A stretch of 64,000 nt of DNA from Eledone cirrhosa (Eukaryota). The DNA is taken from positions 286,192,001-286,256,000 of the forward strand of contig OZ024740.1 in assembly GCA_964016885.1 (NCBI GenBank). Direction: 5' to 3'. Made by a program: the position numbers and the translations under genes. Every line of letters begins with the position of its first letter. Position 1 is the stretch's first letter. This document shows positions 49,901 through 61,332 of the stretch, piece by piece. A model generated the notes under the pieces. The model was given only the letters and a program-made list of their open reading frames with translations, did no database searches and was not told the DNA's origin.

Positions 49901-50459
49901 TTGGTTCAGCAAGAGAAAAACTGCTCCAATTGATTTCTTTTTTCAAATCAAACCTTCATTATTTGGATTTTAGATTCCACTGATTATTTCTGACTGTAGA
50001 TTTATAACCCTAATATATATTTTGACCATGTAACAAGCTGATAGAAAAGCTACATATTCGATTAGAACATATTTCAAGTCTATCACTACTGACTTGTGTT
50101 GTAAGTATGAGTACCTGGCAGTTAAATAATCTTCTGATTCCTTAGCAACAGGCATACAAGTCAATTTGATATAAACAGCAACATAATATATTTTATTGGT
50201 ATTATTGAAGCAAGAATTTACTGTGTAGCCTATTAGACATTAGCACTTGTAAAAACTATAAACATTTGATGTTAGTATTTTGTTTCACTAAATGCAATTA
50301 GTAAGATCCGTTAACAAGTTATTTATGCAACTACCAGCCTTACCATTAGACTAGAAACCCACGATGTAAAGTAAAATAAGATCACCAGATAAAATATGGT
50401 GTAGTAGTTTGCTGTTCTGTCTGTGAGGTTAACCTCCTCCAAAAAAAAGCTATCATCTT

Positions 50460-50870
50460 CAATTATAATATGTGAAGGCTGGAGAGAAATAAAGTGAGCA
50501 TGTTCCATTGGATGTGTAATGTTTACGTCCATGAACAATGAAGCATGGATGAACTGAGAGAAAAACTGGAATTAAAAGAAGTCTGATGTAGTGAGCAAGA
50601 AAGAAGACTGTGACGATATGGACATGTAGTGTGTATGGATGATGGTAATTGGTTGGAGAAAGGCCAAGAGATCCCAGTGAAGTTAGAATAGAGGAAGGCT
50701 GAGGAAGACCTGGGTAGAAGTGGTGAGAGCTGATCTCATAAAGCTGAACCTCATGGAAGAAATGGTGAATGAACACAATGAGTGGAGAGAGGCTGTGCTG
50801 GAAAAGATCCATCCAGCCCAGGCAAGCATAGAAAAACGGATGTAAAATATTGCTAATGATGATGATGATA
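50460..50870 (+). mobile_element. Old RTE family 1 3' fragment
   Basis: RRL..YGH, RKTWVEVVRADL, EWREAVL, ending in a (GAT)n tail. Confidence 0.8.
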
Positions 50871-53549
50871 CATGTTTATGTTTATAAATAACTGTAAACA
50901 TAATCGGCATTGTTAATAACAGTGAAAAACATAGAAAGAATAAACTTGAAGTTTATCAGCTTTATTTTACATTATCTTCACTCTGAGCAAAAGAAAGGTA
51001 AATTTCTTTAGCCTTTTGACATAAAATTACAATAAGCAAGTGAACTGCATTCACCTACTTATTGAAGAAAATTTGGTTGAAATTTGATCAAGTAAATGCC
51101 ATCTATCAAATATGTCCAATATGTTATGGGATGGTGAAGGCATTCCTCTATATTATAACAAGTATTAACAATGTGAGCTGCGAACATATTTAGGTCAAAT
51201 GTAGATACTTTTTATCTTGTAATTCCTTCACAATGATATATATCGAGCAGACAGATCAATAGCAAAATTAGAAATCGATAGAGCATTGGACAACATGCTT
51301 TATCGCATAGGGTTATGCCTCTTTACAATCTGAGTTCAAATCCTGCTTTCATCCTTATGGGGTTGATAAAATAAAGTACCAGTAATGCACTGGGGTTGAT
51401 TTAATTGACTCTATCCTCTCCTAAAATCATTGGTAATGTGTCTAGATCAGAAACCAATATTAGATATCCTCATTTTTGTTTTAAGCCTTTTGATACCAAA
51501 TACCTGAAATTGCCTCTGATACAAAACTGTTTACTTTAAAGTCCTTATATTTATCTAAAAACATTCCATCATAATTTTATGTAAGAACCTTTGTCAAATT
51601 ATGTTCCAAACACCAACCAGTTTAACAGCAAGAAAGTTAATTTTATTAATAAATCCCTCTAAGTTCTTGATTATTTTCAAAATGATTTTAAAATTATAGG
51701 CAGTCTTTCATTAGAATTATGATAACAAAATTTATGTCTTGGATACAAGTAAAGTGCTCTATATGCTCCTACTAGATCCTCTTCTCCTCCTACTGCCCTA
51801 CACCCTCTCACTTTCTATTGATCCTGTGTCATGCCAATATATAATGTAGTGTGGCACTTGGCTTGACTATACTCCATCTTTCCAACTTGACTCTTATTAA
51901 TATTCACATTATTATCATTATCACTGTACTCATCCCACCACCGACCACTTCTCTCTCTTTTTTACCCTGCCAATCTGAAACATCATCTCCCATAGTTCTG
52001 TCCCTTCTCTGTCATGGCACCTCTTACCACTGGACATTCTCTCTTTCCCTCCCTACATTTGGTACAGCCCTTGTTCCTCCTTATCTATTCAAACCCCCTA
52101 CAAACAACTAGCATGTAGCCCCATCACCCTCTCTTCCTCACCAAACTCATAACCATACACCTATGCCTATATTACCATCTCTATCCTCTTGATCACATTT
52201 TTATACAACAGGGTAGTCACCTTTGGGTCACTAACCCCATCTCTCTCCCCTTTCTGATTATGCTTGACTCAGAACAAAGCAACCTCTCTTGTGTTGGTGC
52301 CACTATAAAAAGACATCCAGTATACTCCATAAAGTGGCTGGAATTGATCAGAGTAGAGAGGACTTTTCAATCACATTAAGTCGTGGGGACTTCCCTTGTG
52401 GTGGCTCTATAATAAAATGCACTCAGTACATCCTGCAAAGTGGTTAGCTTTAGGAACAGAATTTAACCATAGATACAATGCCCCCCCCCCCCCCCCCCCC
52501 CTCCAAAAAAAAAGAGACCTTTTCAGTCACATCAATGACAAAACAACCTTTTTAGTACGGGTGCCATGATAAAAATGCACCCAAGACAAAGTGGTTGGTT
52601 GGGGAAAGGAAAGGCATCCCGTAATTGAAACCATACTAAAATGGAACACATCTGAGAACTATATTGTTATTTGACCCATTTAGGAGGACAGTAGCTCCAA
52701 TTAAGTACTGACTTGGTCTGTAAAGATATTCAGTCCATGGCAAATTCAGTATGGAAAAACAAATGTAAAATTATGATAATGTTAAGGGGTTGATGATTAA
52801 ACAAAGAAAACGTAGGGTACAGAGGGTATTTTAGTCTTGTCGAAGACATGACAACCTCACTGGTGCTAGTGATATAATAAAATGCATACAATGCACTCTG
52901 TAAAATGCTTGACAGTTGAACAGAGACACTGTAGGGTAGAGAGGACTCTTTAAGTATATGGAGGACCCGACAACCTTTCTAGTGCTAGTGCTATGATAAA
53001 ATGTTCCCATCTCAGACTGTCAACTGGTGTTAGGATGGGAATTCAATGTCAAAATTTGACTCTAAGAGCATAACATGGTCCCTAACCCATTTCAGAAGAC
53101 TTGTCCAGCCTATGCCAACATGGAAAAAGGACATAAAATAACATGCACACACACATACATCTGTGCATTCCAGGTTAACATCCCAGTCACAATGTTCTCA
53201 TACAAATATGTGTCATATATAGATTTTATTATTGTTTAAAACAAGTTTATGGATGGGTGTTGGTGCTGCCAGAATGTACTATAGAGGCAACACAAGGTCT
53301 GCACTTTGAAATACCTATTCCTGAATTAGTCTCCAAAGACTGTATTAAGAAAGCAAAATTTTTAGCCATCAAAATGCTATGCCAAATTTCATTCTTTTTG
53401 GAAAGAAAATATCTGAATACCCTGCATACAAATTTTAGACAATTTAACCTAATTTCAAGTGATGGAAGGTTAAATTGACACAGGCAGTATCTGATCAACA
53501 GTAAGCTGGAAATAACTTGTAACTACCAAGCATTAATTTAATACTAATA

Positions 53550-53733
53550 GGGTGGACTGGCAGTATCGGTAGAGGGTCGGACGCCATGCTTTGAAGCATA
53601 GAGTTACTTCCCTGTGTGATCTGAGTTCAAATCCCGCCGAGGTTAACTTTATTTTTCATCCTTCCGGGGTCGATAAAATAAAGTACTAGTAATGCACTGG
53701 GTAATTGCTGGCCTTGTGCCAAAAGTAGAAACA
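53550..53733 (+). mobile_element. SINE family A with an 18-bp TSD
   Basis: ATTAATTTAATACTAATA on both sides. Confidence 0.92.
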
Positions 53734-54334
53734 ATTAATTTAATACTAATATTCTGGTTATTTCTAAACCATATTGTTGTATTCCTCTCGGTACTCGCAG
53801 AGAAAACACGAGTTATATCAAATAATTTGTGTATTGTACGAAACAACCAAAACGCCCCGCCCCTCCTCACGGTAGCAGAATAACATAAAGTAAGTGCCAG
53901 CAGCAGTCTGTGACCGAGTTTTTAATACCAACACTGACTGACTGCCCAGGTCACGTGATTCATATGCAAATATGTGAGCACGTGTAAATTGAATAAAACG
54001 AATTTAACAGTCCATACAACAATGAGGTTGTGAGTTCGATTCCCAGTCCATACAACACATATATATCAATGTAGATGTTGGCTTGTATCTCATTTAGCAT
54101 CCAAATGTTGGTGTCAGCAAAGGCACAGCAAACACATTGTGGGCCACTGATTTGTTGGGCAGAGAGAATTCAGAAACCATATTTTTGTTATTGGGATGTT
54201 ATATTCCCTGGTTAATCGTTCCTTGTTACAAATTCCATCATAGGATATATTTTCACCCATCCCCTAAGTATCCCATTCCATAAGGCAAGGCAGGTCTTTT
54301 GTATTACTGCGTGGCACCAATATATATATATGTT

Positions 54335-54366
<32 letters not shown>

Positions 54367-54434
54367 CATATATGTGTGTATATGTTTATATATATGTCTA
54401 TGTACATGTGTGTATGTATATATATATATATATA

Positions 54435-54818
54435 CGAGGGCAATCCCAAAAGTAAGGTCTCCTTCCGATATTGCAACTTTTCCGTTAAAATGGTGCTTCG
54501 GGAAACCTCAGGAACCAAAATGCAGAGAGCATCCAGAGTGATCCGCTGATCTTTACGCATGTTTTCTTCGGAAGGAGACCTTACTTTTGGGATTGCCCTC
54601 TATATAATAACTGCGCGAAATTCCCACTTGGCGGTAGCATTGAATGGGAGCTCCATTCTCAACGGCTGCCAAGCCAAGATTGAACATCCCAGCGAAGCGT
54701 ACGCATGCTTGTTTGGGGGTGAAGGAAGCACCAATCACAACAGTTTTGCCAACAGCTGTACGAACAGTTTCTCTGCGTCCCCATCACTTTGGAGACCTTA
54801 CTTTTGTGATTACCCTCG
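54435..54818 (-). mobile_element. Rearranged mariner derivative with three TIRs and transposase remnants
   Basis: TIR (C)GAGGGCAATCCCAAAAGTAAGGTCTCC at 54435, 54574-54600 and 54791-54818; peptides MELPFNATAKWEFRAVI and DQRITLDAL..VSRSTILTEKLQYRK. Confidence 0.85.
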
Positions 54819-54983
54819 TATATATATTTGTGTATATGTGTGTGTGTATATATATATATATATCAATTTACATACTCTTACGTAATTATATATATTTTTG
54901 TACACCAATGTGTTTATGTACGAGTTGCGCGTGTGTGTTTGTATTTACACCCTACTATTTTATTTGGCTGTCTGGTCAGTTGG

Positions 54984-55328
54984 ATCATCATCATCATCAT
55001 CATCATTTTACGTCCACTTTTCCCTGCTTGCAAGGGTGGGACGGGAACTGATTCTGGCTTGATTTCTACAGCTGGATGCTCTTCCTAACACCAACCTCAT
55101 TTACAGTGAGTGCTGGGTGCTTTTTTGCCGTGGCACCTCCACGACCACTTTGCAGTGGAATGATAGGGAACCCAGTCCCTATCATCTCATTTCTACAGCT
55201 GAGTAAACTGGAGCAATGTGAAATAAAGTGTCTTGCTCAAGGAAACAACACATCACCCGGTCTGAGAATTGAACTCACAACCTTTCGATTGCAAGGCCAA
55301 TGCTCTAACCACTAAGCCATGTGCCTCC
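54984..55328 (-). mobile_element. Full-length SINE family B (tRNA head, RTE-related body and tail)
   Basis: A-box TGGCTTAGTGG, B-box GAGTTCAATTC, AGGAAG(A/G)GCATCCAGCTGTAGAAA module, RTE family 1 3' end, (ATG)n. Confidence 0.9.
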
Positions 55329-55455
55329 AATATATGGATACATATATTAAGTCAATAACCCAAAATGCGCTTATGTTTGTATCTATGTATATTCACACAT
55401 GTATATGTGTATGTATGTATATATATTTGTATTTTATATGCATATGTATGTGTAT

Positions 55456-55503
<48 letters not shown>

Positions 55504-55781
55504 GTGTGTGTGTGTGTATGTATATGTGTGTGTGTGTTTGTGTGTGTGTATGTGTACATATGCGTGTATGTAGGTGCATATGTACATATGTGTATATATA
55601 TATATATGTATGTATATATATATATATTTATTTTTTACCCCCTAACCTTACGTTCTGCTTCAGTGTGTATATTTTCCCGTTATTTTATTTTATTTCTTAT
55701 TTTTATTTTATTATATTTCAGCCTCGCTTTCAATTGTAATAGCCTTTGTTTTTAAATTCATATCTTACGTCCATATTAAAT

Positions 55782-55854
55782 TTTCATTCTGATGAGCGAT
55801 TTCAGATGTCTCTGTTGAGCTTGTCTGTCTTCGTGAAACCTCTGGTAAATGGAA
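55782..55854 (+). ncRNA. Type I hammerhead ribozyme, core intact
   Basis: TTTCATT-CTGATGA-GCGA..TCGT-GAAAC-CtctG-GTA-AATGGAA. Confidence 0.8.
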
Positions 55855-56279
55855 TAATTGTCTTATGTTGTTTATTACATAGAGCATACATAGAGCACTT
55901 TCCTTTCTTTTACCCTTCCTACGGAAATACTTCATATATATATAAATATATATAAATTCGTGAATACATATATATGTGTGTCGTTATACAAATTCACAAA
56001 TATCTGCATTCAGGACACATGTTATATGTGTAAACAATAAGAACAGTGTCCACTTGCAGAACACTAAAATGTAAATAATCCGTTTCTGTGAAAGGTTAGC
56101 TATTCTAATGATTACTCTAAGGATTCCCCAAGATAGCTAAGCTGAGCTATATCCAAAATATTAAACATTTACTATACTCAGCTGTTGAGATCTCTTTAAC
56201 TTAATTTGTAGTATAAACATGAAGCTACACATGTGTGTGGGTGGGTGTGTGGGTGTGTGTGTGTGTGTGAGATAAAGTT

Positions 56280-56600
56280 ATCATCATCATCATCATTTAA
56301 CGTCCATCTTCCACGCTAGCATGGGTTTGGACAGGAATTTTTCCCACTTGAAGCAAGATTGGTTGTCTTGCTCGTATAGGACTGTCTGGCAGGTTTTCTA
56401 TGGCTGGATGCCCTTCCTAACACCAACCATGTTTACAGTGTGGACTGGGAGGTTTTTGCCGTGTTACCTACACGGCCACATTACAGCGTGGACTGTGTGT
56501 TTTTTTGTTGTGACACATACACGACCTCATTTATTTAGGACTGGATGTTGTGGTACCAACATAACTTTACATCGAGAGGGGTGGTGTGGATGGGGTGTAT
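56280..56600 (-). mobile_element. RTE family 2 3' UTR-only copy
   Basis: Matches 11139-11490. Confidence 0.85.
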
Positions 56601-58440
56601 ATTCATATATATATATATGACAAGCTTCTACAGTTTCTATCTTTACAAATTCTACTTATAGTAGAAAACACTTGCCCAAGGTATCACACAGTAGGACTGA
56701 ACCTTAAATTAAGTGGTTGTGAAGCAAAGTCCTTCATCACACAACCATAGAAGAAGAAGAAGACCAAGGAAGATGTGGGATGAAGTTGTGAAAATTGAGC
56801 TCAAGAAACTGAACTGCACAAAGGAGATGACACCAGACTAAGTTGACTAGTGATATACCATAATATAATAATATAAAAGACCTATCCACCAGTATAAGCA
56901 TTGTGGCACTGAGAGGAATGTGGTGATAGAGCAGTGTTGATAACCAAACAGAGACAATTTACAGTCTGAGAGTACCCTTCAGTCTAGGTGAACAGGTGAA
57001 AAACTCTCTGGTGGTGGTGCCATGAAAAGAGGCACCAATGATGTTATGTTGTTGTCATCCCACCACCTAATATCACTTATGAATGACATAATTATTCTCA
57101 TCCCCCTACTCCCCCATAGAGTATAGAGGGCTCTTCAGTTGAGTCAACAACTGAGAACTTCTCTAGTGCTGGTGCTATGATAAAAAAACAAACTGCACAC
57201 TCTGTAAGGTGTTTAGTGATAGGAAGAGCATCCAGGTGTAGAAACAATACCAAAAAAAAGTCAGGACTCATCAGCTGTGTCAATAGCATGACAAACATTC
57301 TAGTGTTGGTGATCTACATGATAGGTGCACCCAGTACACACTGTAGAGTAGTTTGTGATAGGAAGGACATCCAACCAGAGAAAATTTGTCAAATAAAAGT
57401 AAAGAAGACTTTTCAGTTATACCAAAGACAGTGTTGGTACCATGATTGCACAGCATTTTTTACTCTATAGAGTGTAGAAACATATAAACGAGATGGGTCT
57501 TAACCCATCTGAGATCAGTAGCCCCGATTGCATATTGACTTGGTCTGTAACAACCATTCCAACCCTTGCTAGTAGGGGAAAAAGATGTTAAATGGTGATG
57601 ATGATATATAACAACCCTTCAGTTAACCATAGGTTGAGAGAGGTTCAATGTGACATTTTGACAAGAAGCAGGAGGTACACACCTATAACATAGAAAACAA
57701 CTGGAAGTTTCTCTGAGACAATCTACTGAGAACCATGATTAAGATTTTTTTGTTGGTGCAGGGAACCAACCAGATTAAAGGTGACAAGCTGATGGGATAG
57801 TACTGTAGATGGAGCCATAAAAGCTAAAAGAATGGCTTGGAAAGACTAGAAGGAAGATGGCAGCAAAGAACAATATGAAGTAGCTAGAAGAGAGATGGTG
57901 AGCCAAAACAAATACTGGGGCATTTAACCCAAAGCCCTAATGATTCTATCAATTCACCACATTTTATAGCGGAAAAAGAAGCTGTAAACAAAAGATTTGT
58001 TATGTTTTACAATGAGAGGATCAGAGGTGTCCAAAAAACCTGTACCAAGCTACTGGATCAGCAACCAGAATACATATATTATATAACTTGTATGTTGTGT
58101 GAGAAATGACTAACAGGGTTAGTATCTGGAAGGGCATCTGGCTGTAACACATTGCCTCGAAAAGGCCTGTCCAAAATATGACAGTATAGAAAAGGTGACA
58201 TAAAAACGATGACGGTGATTATATATATATATATAGAGAGAGAGAGAGGGAGAGGAGAGAAAAAGAGAGAGTCTGCAGCGCTGAAACCAAGGAGACCACT
58301 AATCATGGGAGCACTCAATGCATGGGGTGATACAGAGTGGGTATAGAGATATGTAAAATGCTGGCTGCAGTGCCAAGCAGTTTCAGCTTGTATTCAGCAA
58401 GCATTTTCAAGCCACCCGCCCGTCCCCTCAATCTATCTTA

Positions 58441-58474
58441 CTTCTGATGAAGGACTGGCGTCCGAAACGTTAAG
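58441..58474 (+). ncRNA. Minimal type I hammerhead ribozyme
   Basis: CTT-CTGATGA-aGGACtggcGTCC-GAAACGTT-AAG; palindromic stem III AACGTT. Confidence 0.8.
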
Positions 58475-58559
58475 ACCCACTTCCTGCTATATCAAGTGTT
58501 AACCTAATATATCCCTTCCATATACTCTACCAATTGTGTTGTTATTTCTGTTTACCTTT

Positions 58560-58628
<69 letters not shown>

Positions 58629-59669
58629 ATGTATAATTTATTTTTTTGTGTATTTCAGGTTAACACCCAGGTCACAATTTTCCCATACAATATCATTATC
58701 AAAGATTTTATAGGTGCAAATAAATTTTCTAGGTGGGCGTTGCTATTATCATAAAAGAATATGGAGGCGACATCGTTTCTGTTTTAAAATGTACCTATTT
58801 CATAACTATTACACAAAAATGGACTATGAAGGTGAACTTGAGGCATGGAACTACTAAAACCTATGTCAAACTAACTTTTCTTTTAAAGAGTATGTATATA
58901 CTGTGTGTGTGTGTGTGTGTGTGTGGGCGTGCGTGCGTTTATATATATATGAATACTTCAGATATAAATTTTAACTTAATCTAATTTTATGTAAGGCTAA
59001 GTTTTGACATGCTGAATCTGAACAATAGAAAGTTTCAAACAATTTGTAACTATCAAGTGTTAATTTAATAATAGTGCTCTGACCACAGTACTAACTCACC
59101 CATGTGTCTGTCTGTATGCATCTATCTATATATTCTATTATTCTCTTACTGGTTTCAGTAATTAGACTGTGGCCATGCTGGGGCACTGGTTTGATTTAGT
59201 CAATCACATCAACCAAGTACTTATTTTTTTCAAACCTAGAACTTATTTTAGCAATCTCATTTTTGTTGGACTGCTAAGTTATGAGACATAAACAATGACA
59301 CATGTAAATATGACGTAGGAAGCTGCTAAAATATTCCTACATATATATTTCAGCACACAGCAACAGGCTCAAAATTCAAATCATAATAAGGCTTATATAA
59401 AATCAATAAAATAGTAATAAATAAAAATTATATGTAAATATCTTTAGAGTATAAAATATATAGAATTTGTTATACAAAGAATGTGTTAATCTACATGTAT
59501 AATTTATAGACTTTTGAGAAAAAGAGGGGGAAAGGGAGAAGGATTAAAAATAGAATTTAATAATTAATTTATGGGAAATTTTTTTAATTTTTAGTAAAGT
59601 AGTAAAGTTAATATGAAAACTTGTGAGATATGTAATAATTGATGAAAACACATGGTTTTTGTTTTGCAT

Positions 59670-60094
59670 TTGAAAAAGGGGTCCTATAAAAAGGTGCTGA
59701 GCACTAAAAGTTGATGGAAGCCCAGGAACGAGGTGATAAAAGTGGACCTTGCCCAATTGCACCTCTCAACGGTGATCACACAGAACCATGACCTCTGGCG
59801 TCACACAGTAATAAGACCCGACTTCTCACGGGAACAAGCCGAAGTCGAAGCATATATATGCCCGCATCCCCTCCTACTGCAAAGTGGACGTGTAGGTGCC
59901 ATGGAAAAAAAGCACCCAGCACTCACTGTAAATGAGATTGGTGCTAGGAAGGGCATCCAGCAGTAGAAATCAAGCCAAAATCAGTTCCCGTATGAGCAAG
60001 ACAAGGTCAGCCGACCTAACATTGCCCACAACAGGACAACCCATCTAACCCATGCTAGCGTGGAAGAATCAACATAAAACGGTGATGATGATGA
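59670..60094 (+). mobile_element. RTE family 2-related 3' end with UTR and tail
   Basis: EVIKVDLAQLHLS..DLWRH followed by a SINE-B-like module and (GAT)n. Confidence 0.75.
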
Positions 60095-60338
60095 CTGAGT
60101 AAAAAAACATTTATTTTGGTTTATTTGTTATAATTTGCCCTTTTAAATTTTCTACTGCATTGTACTGGCTTTCTGAAGTTCTTGTCAATTATCTAATTTT
60201 TTATTTTGTTTTTTCCTCAAAACTTCATCACTCTTGCAAATATATTTGCAAGGGTGATATGAAAAGTGCTTTATGTTTTTAATATTTTGGCCAGTTTTGA
60301 ACATCACTGGAGTAGCAAAACATACGATTCTCTATTTA

Positions 60339-60408
60339 CTTCTGCTGATGAAAGTGTCTTTGACTTGTACATATACTAGACTACCAGAAACATACAATGT
60401 GTCTGAAG
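60339..60408 (+). ncRNA. Type I hammerhead motif with imperfect stems
   Basis: CTTCTG-CTGATGA-..GTCT..AGAC..-GAAAC-ATAcaaTGT-GTC-TGAAG. Confidence 0.55.
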
Positions 60409-60769
60409 AAAAAGAAAAAAAATGTATATATATATATATATATACACACATGCATACGCATATATATATATATACATATATATATACACACATATATACA
60501 CATACACATGTTGATGATGATAATAATTGAAGAATAGGTTAGATTTAGGTAAAGTTTTCTCACCCTTTCTTGTATGACATGTTTGTTTACCGATACAAAG
60601 CCTAATGAAAGAGTTGTACTTGTTCAACAACATATGTAACAATGTTTGTAAACCTAGAACTATATGGATACATGGGCCTGTAACTCTCAAAGGAGTTGTA
60701 GGAATGCTGTCTTGACATGTGGCATTTCTAGGGTATTTTTTTAAATGCGGCAGAGCCCTTTTCTTCCAG

Positions 60770-60978
60770 AGAAGGCTAGAGAGTGAGAAAAAGGAAGTGA
60801 GAAAGAGATATAGAGGAAGAATCAACCCCAGTACTTGACTGGTACTTTTTTTATTGATCTCAAATGGATGAGACTCAAAGATGACCTCGGCGGGATTTGA
60901 ACTCAGAGAGTAAAAAGCTGAAATAAATACCTCAAAGTATTCTATCTGACATATTAACAATTCTGCCATCCCGCCGCC
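60770..60978 (-). mobile_element. Old SINE family A-related copy
   Basis: CCTCGGCGGGATTTGAACTCAG core and CTGGTACTTT motif. Confidence 0.7.
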
Positions 60979-61235
60979 TAGAACTATAGATAAATACATT
61001 AAAACTCTTCACACAAGATCAATTTCTCTCCACACCTTTGATTATTGAGCTGCTACAATATATAGGCGTGATGTGTGTGGGTAGTGGTTATCAAATAAAA
61101 ATATCTCAAAGTGAAAATAATGTAGTCTCCTGAAATATACTTTCAGATGTATATACATTCAAAGGCATTTTTACATAAATGTATACACACATAACAACAA
61201 CGATAACCATGTTTTTTTTTTGTTTCTCTTTCTAG

Positions 61236-61332
61236 AGAGTGTCAAGTGTCACACTGGCTGAAACACAAAACTGTCTGCGATTTAATTAATGAAGAAACGC
61301 CTGATGCCAGTAAAAATACAACAAAGCAGTAA
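61236..61332 (+). CDS. Terminal coding exon of a MYND zinc-finger protein (ZMYND10/BLU-like)
   Basis: Strong acceptor (TTTTTTTGTTTCTCTTTCTAG); phase-2 exon reads (R)ECQVSHWLKHKTVCDLINEETPDASKNTTKQ*, the MYND C-terminal CQ..HW..H...C motif at the protein end as in ZMYND10. Confidence 0.8.

Noticed and set aside
55255-55328. tRNA-like sequence with A and B boxes (also at 1587 and about 33000)
   Set aside because: SINE heads continuous with SINE bodies, not tRNA genes
56012-56075. CYMC..C.TC..KC as the missing MYND exon
   Set aside because: Needs a stop and a frameshift, and lacks the YC motif and a good donor
60376-60999. 207-aa minus-strand ORF
   Set aside because: Runs through a SINE and a microsatellite, with no recognisable domain
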